DNA of 62,535 nt, filler included, from Basidioascus undulatus (lineage: Eukaryota): NCBI GenBank assembly GCA_000826855.1. It is 5 parts of 5 records of this genome, joined end to end, with 100 filler letters (N's around TTAATTAATTAA, not from the genome) between each part and the next. Parts side by side here need not be neighbours in the genome. Positions count along the whole stretch, not along the records: positions 12,554 to 24,989 come from JTLS01000909.1; positions 25,090 to 37,523 come from JTLS01000910.1; 3 more parts are not named here. The stretch is one strand, 5' to 3'. The notes beneath the pieces are model-generated. The model was not told where the DNA came from and made no database searches. It was given only the letters and a program-made list of their open reading frames with translations. Made by a program: the position numbers and the translations under genes. This document shows positions 13,350 to 26,003 of this stretch, piece by piece. Every line of letters starts with the position of its first letter. Within the stretch, counting starts at the first letter, position 1.

Positions 13350-14049
13350 ATGCCCAAACCAAAGACGGCCTTCCTCACAGTCGGCTCAACCCGCTTTGAC
13401 ACGCTCATCACATCCGTACCATCGCTCATCCCTCCGCTCATCGAGCGCGGCTTCACGCGCCTCGTCGTCCAGCACGGCAACAGCCCTTGGGTGCAGGCGG
13501 ACATTGACGCTTCGACTTTGAGCGATGGAAGGCTCAAGGTGGAGGCGTGGCCGTTCAAGCATGGACTAAGGGAGGAGATGGAGCGCGCTGATCTGATCAT
13601 CTCGCATGCGGGTGCGCTCGTCCTTGGATGAAGCGACTTGCCTCTGACTGACAACGTTCTCGTTCGCGCTGCCCCTCATTCGATCCATCCGTTCTCGCTT
13701 CATTGTGCCTTTCTGGACTTCAAAGGCTCAGGCTCGATCCTCGAATCCCTGCGCCTGCAGCCGCCGCGCGCGCTCGTCGTCGTCGTCAACGACACGCTCG
13801 CAGACAATCACCAAGCCGAGCTGGCCGAGGCGCTGTCCTTCCGGGACTACTGCCACGTCGCGACCGTTTCGTGCGTGCTCAGACCTCCCACACCAGCTCA
13901 CCATGATCCCAGCTAATTCGGGTATGGTGGCACTCAGATCGCTTTCCGGCGTCCTGCGCAACTTTCGAGATGATGGAATGCGTGCATTCCCGGCGTTTGA
14001 TCCGAACAAGTTTAGGACTTTCATGGATACCGAGTGTGGTTTTGCATGA
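13350..14049 (+). CDS. ALG13: UDP-GlcNAc transferase subunit Alg13 (exons 13350-13611, 13726-13870, 13938-14049)
   Basis: FLTVGSTRFD, LVVQHG, ADLIISHAGSGSILESL, VVNDTLADNHQAELA motifs; canonical introns. Confidence 0.92.
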
Positions 14050-14479
14050 TGTTCTCTTGCGCTGTCCGCCTCCTGCTTGTTATGGTCGGTGAGCTGCGCC
14101 AACGTCAAGGCAAGAGGCGGAGCAGGTAAAGGACTCCGTTTCACATCCGCTTACCCAACCGCATATGCGAAGTCCGTGGGATGCTCTCAAAAGAAGCACA
14201 GCCTGCGGACATACGTAATTATCAAAACGTAACGCAGTGAGTCGATACCGAGCTGCCCGCGACTGATGCTCAGATGCCATGCCCAGAGTGCCAAGGCTGG
14301 CAGCTTACCGCCGGCGGTACCTCTTACACCACTGCTCTAGGGAAAGCCAATCGGTTACAAATAGCTTTTACATTAAATAAGACATAGTACAGTCATGGCA
14401 ACACCAGTCCTAGCCAAGGCGAGCTGTAGAACGGTAGACGAAAGCTCTCGTCTACCCGTTCATTCCCACTTGCGACCTC

Positions 14480-15647
14480 ACCCCAGAGGCCGCCAGCATC
14501 TACGAGTCCGCCGTGCTGGAGCTTGAGGCCAAGAGTGAGCGAGCCCGGAACGGCGCCGACGGCCCTCGTACGACACCGCCCGCGTGGCTCTTGGTCGACC
14601 TCTTCCCCGGCGCACGGGCCACTACGCAGGTCATCGACGAAACATCGGCAGGTTGGGCGCCTAAAGTTTGCACGCAGCAGGGTGAGACGTACTTCCTGAA
14701 GGTGGTCAAGGGAAAGACCTGGGCGGATGACAATGGCGTCGCCATGGCACAGAGGGCCGCGTCGGTTGTGCCCGTTCCGCGCTTCGTGGCCCGCCGCAGT
14801 TGGGTGGACGCTGGGGAGCCATTTGAAGCGTTAGTCACTGAGTTCATCGAGGGGAGCACCTTGGAGGACGTCTGGGAAGACCTCAGCCCCAAGGCCAGGG
14901 AGGGGTACGTGACGCAGATCGTGGATCTTTTGGCCAAGCTCCACACGATAGTGAGCGACAAGTTGCTCCCCGGTGACGCCCAGACTGTGGAGGCCCTCGT
15001 GGCGCGCGACGGGGGGTATAGTGAGTATGCATCCATCGCCGCGTGGCTCCATGCGCTTGCTGCCTGCTATTCCGAGGAATCGGAACCCCTAGCCACCCTT
15101 GCCAGCGAGGCACTGTCCGCCACCATCGGTGAGCATCCCGTACGTCCTCTGCCACAATGACATAGAGCCCAGAAATGTCATGGTCAAGGACGGTGCGGTA
15201 GTCTCCATCATAGATTGGAACCTCGCGGGCTTCCAGCCCTTCCTCTTCGAGTGGACGGTAGTTGACACCGCGCTGGGACTCCACCGCACCAGCTACGAGT
15301 GGCACGTCATGTTTAAACAGGCAGCCGTGAGGCTCCTCCCACGCAGGGACCCGGTCGCGGAGCGGCTGCCCCTTCGCATCTTCAACGGACTCTGGAACAC
15401 CGTGTGGAAGAGGAGGAAGGTGGCCAAGTTCCCGCTGGACTTCATGGTCAAACACGGCGTCGTTGAGGGTGACTTATGGGGGCTTCCTACCGTTGCCGGA
15501 GCTCCAACTGCGTTGAAGGTACACTCCGGCCCTAGCCCACCTGTTACCCACCCGCAGACGCCGCCCAGCACTCGCCCTGGGATAGCGGTGGGCAGTTGCA
15601 CCTTTGGGTTAAAAAGTAGGCTATTCAAATCTTCTCCACGGTGCTAA
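14480..15647 (+). pseudogene. APH/choline-kinase-like phosphotransferase with a 1-nt frameshift at 15137-15139; start uncertain
   Basis: YFLKVV, VPVPRF, VTEFIEGSTL in one frame; LCHNDIEPRNVMV and IIDWNLAG in the next; removing one C restores HPYVLCHND. Confidence 0.7.
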
Positions 15648-16127
15648 ACCATAATGGTTCCTTTTCCATCACCTTCATGAAGGACGCCCAGTCAATGAGG
15701 CTCACAACACTATGGGTACCTTGGCGCAGCGTAAACCTGAAACAAGCATCAAGGATAATACTGGGAAGTCGTAAAAATTATGAAAGGTTATTTACGTTGG
15801 CTATCTTATTTTACATTCCAACTACAGGCGCTGACTTTCAAGCGGCTGTTCAGACAGCTTGTTTCAATGGCCTCTACCGCATCGAGTTTCCACCGGCTCG
15901 TGTATCTAGAAGCTTTGGCTTGAGGTATAAAAATGAAACGGATATTACGATGACTTAAATTCTGGAGACAGCGGCTTCGGGTGGAACGGTGGAGCGGACG
16001 TGACGGCAAGGCGTTTCAACTGACCCCCGTTCTTGAGCTTGACCCACCATCATCTCTCTCGCCTTCCGGTTCATGTCGCCCACCCAGAGCAAACGCTCAC
16101 GAACTATAATTCTATTCTCTCACAGAA

Positions 16128-17458
16128 ATGATGTCGAATTACTTGCCCACAGAGATCATTTCGCAGATCTGCCTCGAGTTGGGCAACGTCCATGACAACT
16201 GCGACATCGTCGCTTTCTCCTGCGTCGACCGTCGCACTCGCTCCATCGCCTTGCCGCACATGTTTTACGAGATATATCTTGGCTGGATGAAGGCATGGTA
16301 CATTGTCTTAGCAAAGGCCTGAGTTGGCTGTCTATGTTTGGTAAATGATGCACCGCTCGCGTGGGGGGCCGCATGGTGGATAGGCTGACCCGTATTAAAC
16401 GGACACAGTGTGGTCATCCTAGGGGGATCTTACTGGGTCACCATCTCTTATCCTCCACCCTTCAGGCGGCTCTTGTCGATCTGCACGAGAACGTCACCCA
16501 CGTTCAGCTGGACCCGCAAGGTGACGAGGAGCGCCCTATCGCATGCCGTCTGCTCGTTCGCGCCGCCGACAATCTGCGCTCTCTTCGTATAGGTACCTCT
16601 AAGGGGAACGAAGATCCGAGAATATTTATAGGCCTCCATTTTCCCAGACTGCGCCCGTGCAACTGGGTCACAACTTCATCGGGCCCCAACCGATCCCTCG
16701 ACACTATTCTCGCTCTGCTTCCAGGCTTGTCGACCATTTCTAAGCTGAAGATCAAAGAGTACAGTGACGGTGTAATTTTTCGAGTGCTCCCTTGCCTACC
16801 AAAGCACTTCGCGTTCGCGCAACTTTGTGAAGTCACCGTGCTCTGCTCATTTGCTCCCTCCAAGGTGATACTGCCGGTGAGCACTGCTCGGCACTCGGCG
16901 CACTCAGGACACAGTGCATCGGTGACTTCCGATTTCGGAGCTTCAGAAGGTCTCTGCCGTCACTGCCCACGTCCCGCTCGTTCAGCTCACCCTGCGCATC
17001 GAGGACGCTCTCACACCTCGTGCGCTCAGTCAACTTACGGCGGCCTGCCTGCTCCTTGGAGACCGCGACTTGCTCAACAACCTTTCCACGTCTCGGACCA
17101 ATGAAGAGGTTACTCTTGTGGGTAGACCAGACTCAATACCCCTGGATACTTGGACTTAACCGCTTTCAGTCACAATACGTCGATGCCTTGCGCCGTTGCT
17201 TCATCTCCGCTCGCTCACTCTAGAAGTTGCGTGGGACTCGGTATACTGCAACTCCCCCTCGTGTTCCAAAAAATTGAGAAGGACTGCGTAGCTCAACAGC
17301 GCCACCAAGCGGTGATACACGCTTTTGCAGTCGCGCTGTCGACTTTGCAGTTCCTTGGGATCGACGGGTCAGGGCTGAAGCACAGATTAAAGAGAGACGA
17401 AGAAGGAAATCTTTCTGGCCTTTACCAAGAAATAGATGGGTATCAAGATGGAGCTTAA
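16128..17458 (+). pseudogene. Degenerate F-box/LRR-type gene
   Basis: LPTEIISQICLEL..FSCVDRRTRSIALPHMF F-box motif; in-frame TGA at 16320-16322; LRR-like NLRSLRI, FPRL and later frameshifts. Confidence 0.55.
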
Positions 17459-18328
17459 AGAAGTGGAAGCGGCGGCGGGGGCAAGCGAGCCTTTTGCACG
17501 TTGGAGACGTCACGCTGTCGATGCATTCTTGTGCCTGCGCATATCTGTTGGGTCTGGAAGATTGACAGTTATTAAGAATGTCTTTTCTTCCTTGGTTTCA
17601 ATGAGCTCGTCAGACGAAACCTGGGTTGTACATCGAGTTCGGCAGGTTCTGCGACTGAGAACCTCACATGGCGCTTTTTTTTTTTCCCCAAGCTTGCATG
17701 AAACCTGCCGAGCAGCGCACAATATTCCATGGGTGAGAGCTCTTGCCACCCGCTCCACTTAGGCAAAGCACAGCGTATAGGGGCGGTAGTCTCTCGAGTT
17801 TGATCTTTCGCTGTGCCGGCATCTCACCGCCTGTTTGCAACTCCTCCAGAAACGCTGCAGCGCAACATTTCTCACCTAAGCGTCCCTCACGCAAGTAGCT
17901 GGCATGGGCGTGTGTCGTAGATCAAACAGTTTGGATGTTGTTCACACTTGGGATGTTTTTTGCTCGGTATGCTGGCAGTAGTTGTTCTTTGTTGTTCCGA
18001 CCGTTGCGCTGCCTGCGGCGCTGCAGCCAGTCCGTTGTGCATCGAAACCCCGACCACACCCTGAACCGGCACTTCATAGGCCCCGGTCATCTACGGATTC
18101 GGTGCTTTTCGTCTCAATAACATGCAAAATGGTCCGCTTTGTCAAGTTGCTCGACGTACTTGTGCTCGTCGCTGAGCAGAACCCGAAAGGTGCAGTTTTG
18201 GCTCCTGGCTTTCAGGGTTGCAAAGTAGATATTGACTACTGACTCAGTCGAGAATGTATGGCAGCACTGGGAAGAACTGTGGAGTCCACAGGACTGTCTG
18301 GCTTGTTGACGCCTGAGCCAATGGCGAA

Positions 18329-18446
18329 GAAGAAGGTGCGCCGCGGCCAATACCCAGCTCGCCATCCGTCCCAGCATCCCAGCAGCGCGAAGAAGGTGCG
18401 CCGCGGCCATGTGCCCAGCTCGCCATCCGTCCCTGCATCCCAGCAG
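18329..18446. repeat. Two-copy ~60-bp tandem repeat
   Basis: GAAGAAGGTGCGCCGCGGCCA...CCCAGCTCGCCATCCGTCCC.GCATCCCAGCAG repeated at 60-nt spacing. Confidence 0.9.
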
Positions 18447-18820
18447 ACGGTGTGGTGCGGCTTCCCTCTGCGGCCCAATTTCGCCATATCGCTTCCGGCG
18501 GGGGAGTTTGTGGACAGGAACAAAGCCCGAATTGGAGAATAGATTCAGGAGATCTCAATAATTTCGTCTGTCTTCAACCTTTGACGTAGCGGCCGTTTCC
18601 CTTGAAGTTCTTTCATCCCCACAGCGACGACCGAGTGCAAACAGCAAAGCTGCCTGCGCCGAGTATAGCCAGTCGTTTGTGGTATCCCGCAGTCCATTAT
18701 TTACCCAATCGTGGGAGCCAATGAGGCGCCTTTCAGGGAGCACGGGTATCTATTGCGCAAGCGGAAGTCTTGAGAGGCGTCAACCAGGCTGCCACGAAGC
18801 CGCTGCGGGACCCTGAAAAC

Positions 18821-18975
18821 CTTTCATGATCATGAGATGATCGACTCCTTTCTGTCCGCTCCCAGTCTATGGAAAATACGTGGATATCTAGCGGCTCACT
18901 TTCATGATCATGAGATGATCGACTCCTTTCTGTCCGCTCCCAGTCTATGAAAAATACGTGGATATCTAGCGGCTC
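18821..18975. repeat. Two-copy 78-bp tandem duplication
   Basis: CTTTCATGATCATGAGATGATCGACTCC...GGATATCTAGCGGCTC starts at 18821 and 18899 with one internal mismatch. Confidence 0.95.
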
Positions 18976-20633
18976 GCAGCTTGGACAGGGAGTCGAGAAT
19001 GACCTCCGCTCGTCATGTACTCCTTGCAGCCTGCTTTGGGCTCCTTTCAAACCTTGTACCCACAACTTCGTCTGTGACCTCCAAGCAAGTTCGGCGGGCC
19101 CTGAAAAATGAGCCGCTTGAGGACGTCTAAGTCAATCTGAAGGGTGTGGGCGGCCACGATGAGGATAGCAAGCTGGAGGAGTGAAGAGAAGACGTTGTGA
19201 CGTTGTGAGACGTTGACAGGTACTCTGGTTCTTTCTGGATCCTCCCACGTTGTTTTCGCATGCGAGGCATGGTAGACCCCAAAACTCGCCAGGAACGTAC
19301 CACGCACGCGGTACCACGTACCCGAAACTTGTTGGTTCCAACGCACGCATTTCATGTATTTTTATGGCAGTATTCTTTACCACAGCGCGTCCACAGCGTG
19401 ATGGCTGCTTTATCTTTGGGGGAGACGAATAGAGGCAATCTCTGAGGTAATAATTTTTGCAACCGCCAGCTTTGTCAGTGCCAGGTCGACGCACAGGTCG
19501 CGCCTCCTGGAATACCCCTGCTGAATCGCGTCGACCCCACTGTCCTGCACGCAGTGTGGCGCACTTGCGCGGTTTCGGCCCCCTTTTAGCGCCTGCTTCT
19601 CCTCATCTACCGCTCGATGTCGATGTCGAACTCTTGCTCTGCTGGGTGATGGAGGGACCCGGAAAAACAGCGGCAGGGTGCGCTGGCGACTGTCAACGTC
19701 AAACCTACACGTGGGGAAGGTGGGCCACAGCGTGCACTGACTTGAACGCTCTTGGGACGCTTGTGCGCTGCTTGCAGATCAGTGTTGTCCTCGATTCTTC
19801 CATTTTCTTTGCCCTGCTAACCCACCCCTCTCGTTGCGCTTATCCGAGTTTCCGCTTACCGAGCAGTCGCGCGATTGGCCGTGTCTCCTTGGCTCGCATT
19901 TTCGCTCGTTCGAGGCCCTGCGCCCACCCTTCCCTTTTCCCCTTTCCCATTCATTATCCTCAGCAGCGGCGTTCATTAGAACGGCGAGGAACCCGGTCGC
20001 GTCCCGCCCAGCGGTAGTTCCTGACGGTCAGAGGATCGTCTACTCATCAGCTGCTCCGGCGCAGCGTTCGGCTTCACCACCTCGCTCGTATTCCCCCCTC
20101 GGCCAGCGGGCATTCCGTCATCTGTTTGTGGGTTTGTGGACGTGCCGCTGTCGTTTTTGTAACCTCCGCGCGCTATCGTTCGACGTTCCGTTTACCGGCG
20201 TTCCTCACATCGAGCACGAGCAACAACACCGAGCACCGCCTTGGGCAGTCAACAAGCCCCGCTTTCCACTTCGACCGCCACCACCGTCCTCCTCCCGCTC
20301 CTCCGTCCCCCATTCCCGCTTCCGCACACCGCCAGCGGTCCGTTGCGGTAAACAGCGTCGACAAGCCTCACATACAACTCATTCTACACTCGCATTTCAT
20401 CCTTGTAGGCAAGTCCAGTTGTTTACTTATTCCTGTCCTTCCATTTGCGCTGTGTCGAGCTGCATCATGGAAAAACATGCGAGCCCCAGCGGTCCTGTCC
20501 GCTTTCTCGGTCTTCATCCCTCCTTTGCGGCCCTTATACGGACCTTGAGCTGACCGTCCTTGCCGCTCCGCTCTCTCCATCCAAACTTCCACTACTTCCG
20601 TCCCTCGGTTCCGCGTGCTGCTTGTAAACAGGA

Positions 20634-21709
20634 ATGCCGACCTCCCTCCACGGTCCAACGCCCTCGCCTCCTCCTCCCTCCTCCTCCCAGGGCGGCTCCC
20701 CTCCTGCGTTCACACCCCCATCCATCGCCGGCGAGGGCACAACTTCAGCGGTCTCCTCGCCGAACAACCCTCTCCATCGCAGCAGCGGCCCCGCTTTCTA
20801 TGAGCCCCAGGTCGGCGGCAGCAACGCGCCGCCCGCTCTTCCTCCCTCGTCTGCTTCCTCTCTTCCCTTCTCTTCGAGCGCCTACGACTCGCCCCCCTCC
20901 CAAACGTACCCGCCCTCGTTCGGGCCGTACACAGGGTACCAGCCGCCGCAGCCTCACCCATGGCCCTACTCCTCCAGCAACGGGTCGTGGGCGGGCAACA
21001 GCGGCGCTGGCGGCGCCGGCGGCGGTCCCGCCGGTGCCAGGGCTGCGAGTAGCAGAACGGAGGACCACCAGCCGTCGGGGCTGGGTGGGGGGTACAGCTC
21101 ATACGCCACCGCCGGCAGCGACTATTCTTCGCACAAGCAGGCGCCCTCAACGAGCGTCGCGCCTGGCTCGCTGCTCGAGTCGCCGCTCAGCACGCCTGCG
21201 ACCGCGCGCCCTGACGCTTCCAACGACCTTTACCCCACCGCTCCGCGCCTGCGCGAGGGCGAGGCAGCACTCGGCGGGGGCCTGACGGGCGCTGGCAGCC
21301 CCGGCCCGTCTTCCCGTCCTCCCCTCGGCATCTCCCGCTCTGCGATGGGAGGCGAACGCCTGAACACCAACCCGTCCGAGCCGCACTCGGGGCCCATCCG
21401 GCACGTCGCCGCTTCGACCCAGCAACGCCGCGACGGGCGCTACCAGTACTCGACTGCGTCTCCCTCTTCCCTCGACCCATGACTCTTACTCCTCGACCGC
21501 TCGACCCTCAACCGCCTCGATCCCTTCGACCCCTCGATCCATCGGTCCCTTCTCTTCGAAGGCGGAAGCTGATGCCATTTTGTGGACGCGACCAGCCCCT
21601 CAGCAAGACCGGCCGCAGCGGGCCCGAGACGCCGAGCGAGGAGGCCGTGCGCGCCGACCAGGACGTCAAGTACCCCAAAGACGAGCCGAGCATCAAGTCG
21701 CGCTCGTAA
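20634..21709 (+). CDS. Pro/Ser/Gly-rich disordered hypothetical protein; probable last exon 21596-21709; N-terminus uncertain
   Basis: 282-aa ORF with coding-like codon bias, preceded by a CTGAC..CAG acceptor; downstream CAG-led exon PLSKTGR...IKSRS*. Confidence 0.55.
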
Positions 21710-22175
21710 ACGCGCTCCCGGGGAGAGAGAAGGATGGGTAAGAGAGAGAAGAAGGATGCGTAGGGAAGGGGAAAGCGTGATCGTCAGCTTTCTTTGTGTT
21801 TGTATGTGTTCAAGTCTCTGCAACGTCTATGTCATGATACGCTGTTCTGTAACGCACGACGAGCTGTGTGGGCCCGCCGGGTGTCGTACAAGGCGGTTGA
21901 TAGCGTTATGATGGACGAGGGTGACGCTGGAGAACGGGGTATTGTGCGTGATACATATGGCAGCTGCCTGTTGGTAGCACTTTCTGTGACTTGCATTCGC
22001 GTAGTACAAGTCGGATTAAGCTGATTCAGGCGAGCCAGTCGTCTTAGCTACCACCCTACGTCCGCACTAGCACAACATGCCTCCGGTATTCGCCCGAACC
22101 CCACTGTGCCGGGCGGGCCAGCGATCTATGCGTTCATTATTCTTATCATTAAACCTCCACCTCCTCCTTTTCCAT

Positions 22176-23510
<1,335 letters not shown>

Positions 23511-24989
23511 TGTTGCTGATGTGTGGATGGTGCGGCGTGGGTGAAGGGTGGTGAGGAGCGTGTTCAGGCGGTGGAAGATGGTGAGGTGTGAGTGTTGAGA
23601 GAAGTCGCGAGGGAGGACGACGGCGTTGTCGGGGGCTCGGGGCCGGCGGAACCCGGCTTCTGCTTCGTTCATGACGTCGCATCTTGGATCCTCGCATCGG
23701 GTCTGAAAGTTTAATCCGGGGAGACGGAACGGCGAATGATCTCGATACATGTAACAGCTTTTCGAAGGGTACTTATTGCAACGAAAACGACAGATGTTGC
23801 GAGTTAGGATGGTGCGCAAGTTGAAGCGAGATCGAGTTCACATCTCCCGACCGACAGCTGACATGTCAGACGACCGTCTGCAACCTTCCTGCTCCTCTTC
23901 TCGCATCTCTGTACTTGCCCCTCATTCACCCCATTATCTTGCAGATCATCGTGCCTGACCTCGGCCCTGCCGCTCACCCATTCATCCGCATGTCCAATTC
24001 ACGTTCTCATTAACCCCTCAATTCTCGCGCTCATTTCCGCAAAGTGCTCTGCTCATCGAGGCATTGCGCAGACCGACTGACCCCCCTCGGCGGTGGCTTG
24101 CCCTGCATCCTGCATCCGCGAGACTGCTGCCGTTACCGCCGCCAGGCACAACCTGCGCGTTGTTGACCTCTTTTTCACTTCCGCTTTCCGGCGCTCATTA
24201 CCAATGCCGTGCTGACCCGCCGCCCCGAGCTCGCTCGCTCAGTCGACCGACCGTCCATGCTCTTTCTTCCTCCGCTCGCACACCTCCTCTCCTCTCCCTC
24301 TTTTCTTCCCTCAGAGATCCAAGGGAACCGGCCTTTCATTTTGCGATCCTCCAGCCGCGCAGCCGCAGCCGCCTTGCGTCCCATCCGGAGTGACCCCTGT
24401 TTTCCCGCACACTACCCCTGCCAGTCCGAATCATACCCGGCCACGCGAGCCGCGAGCGAGCCGATCGGCCTCACTGCGCACACGGAGTCCTCGTTGTCGG
24501 TCCAGCTCGAAAGCTCTGCTGCCATCATCAGCGGCCGCGCCCTCCCCTCTCCCCTTTCCTCCGCTCCACATAGGGCCCAGCTTCCTCTTCAACGCTGCTG
24601 GCCCCTCCCGCACTGCGGTTCCTCAACTCAATCTCTCTTCTTCTCTTCACGACCCCTCGAACGCTGAGCTCAAGTTCGCCGACTCTGCCAACGCTCGCTA
24701 GCTTGCATTCGATAGCACGACCACGACCCTCGCTTGTGCGTATCTGAGCTGATGGTCCGTTCGCCCAGCTTCTCAACGCTAATCTCCCTTCCCTTTCGCC
24801 TGGATTGCAGACGACCCCCAACGACCCGTACCGACCATCTTGTACCACCTCGCATTGCATCGCTCATACAATACCACCTTATCAACGTCTCCCATCCAGC
24901 ACCCACCTCCGGCCCTCCCCAATCTCCTCAAACAGATGGCTGTACGTCCCCCCGTCCCCTCTTTCACATGCTTCCCACCCCCCAGCCCC

Positions 24990-25089
24990 NNNNNNNNNNN
25001 NNNNNNNNNNNNNNNNNNNNNNNNNNNNNNNNNTTAATTAATTAANNNNNNNNNNNNNNNNNNNNNNNNNNNNNNNNNNNNNNNNNNNN
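24990..25089. other. Artificial contig spacer
   Basis: N44-TTAATTAATTAA-N44. Confidence 0.98.
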
Positions 25090-25411
25090 GCCGCCGTAGG
25101 CTGATCACAGCGAAGGAATAAGAGTTAACGAAGGTCAATTCAAAGCAGCGGCGGAGGGGGGGAGAAGATGGACGCACTTCCGAAGTTGCACTCGTCACAT
25201 ATCCTCACGAGCGTCTCGGGACGGACGTAAGAGTCGCACACGGGACACTTCCCATCGCACTTCTCGCACATGCGCCCGATGGCGATGCCCGTCTGGCGGC
25301 GGCACATGATGAGGTCTATCCACGTCCAAGCAAATCCGGCATCAGCCTGCAGGTCTCTCGGGAATGGTGGGCTTGAGCTGCGCGCAACGCACCGGGGTGG
25401 TGCTTCGACAT
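25090..25411 (-). CDS. RDS3: U2 snRNP SF3b subunit Rds3/PHF5A, 5' part (exons 25411-25393, 25315-25178, 25100-25090)
   Basis: Spliced product [56 protein letters not shown]. Confidence 0.96.
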
Positions 25412-26003
25412 TGTGGGGCAGAGAAACGCGAGAGGGGGGGGTTGCTCGAGGGTATGGTCAGTGCGTTGAGGAAGCAGGAAGACGGTCGTGGTTGGTGGCG
25501 CAGTCGCGCTTGGGTGAGGTTGAGGTTGAGTCGAGATTGGGAAGCGATTTGTCAGCACGCAGGGGGCCATTTCTCCCCGTTTTCCCTCGGATTCGAGCCA
25601 TTTCTCCACCACCATCTCCCATCTCCCCGCTTGCTTTCCTTTGTTGATATGTCGGCTCGCAGACTGCAACTTCGAGCCAGGTCGCCTCATTTCTACCGTC
25701 CCGTCTCCCTGCTGCAAACGTCGACCTGTTGTATACGTTGCTAGTGCCGACCGCTCTATGAGTGCAAGCGATCCAAAACACGCAAGCGAACGCCGGTGCT
25801 GAATCAACATGCACCCGTCTCTGAAGGCATCACTCTCCAAAAGGAAGCCGATGTGCTTGTCTATACGCTATAAGTTTACGGATCATGTATAGCAAACATA
25901 CAAAAGGAGCCGAGTTAATGACTCGAGCGCGAAAGAAAAGTCAAAAAAGTGCGAAGAAGAGAAGAAGGGGTATCCGGCAGGCAACGAAAAGGAGAACGCG
26001 ACA

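Noticed and set aside
15131..15145. Programmed ribosomal frameshift in the APH-like gene
   Set aside because: No recognisable slippery site or stimulatory structure; an indel is simpler
18329..18975. Direct repeats as a CRISPR array or LTRs
   Set aside because: Only two adjacent copies each, no spacers, no cas or pol genes; eukaryotic context
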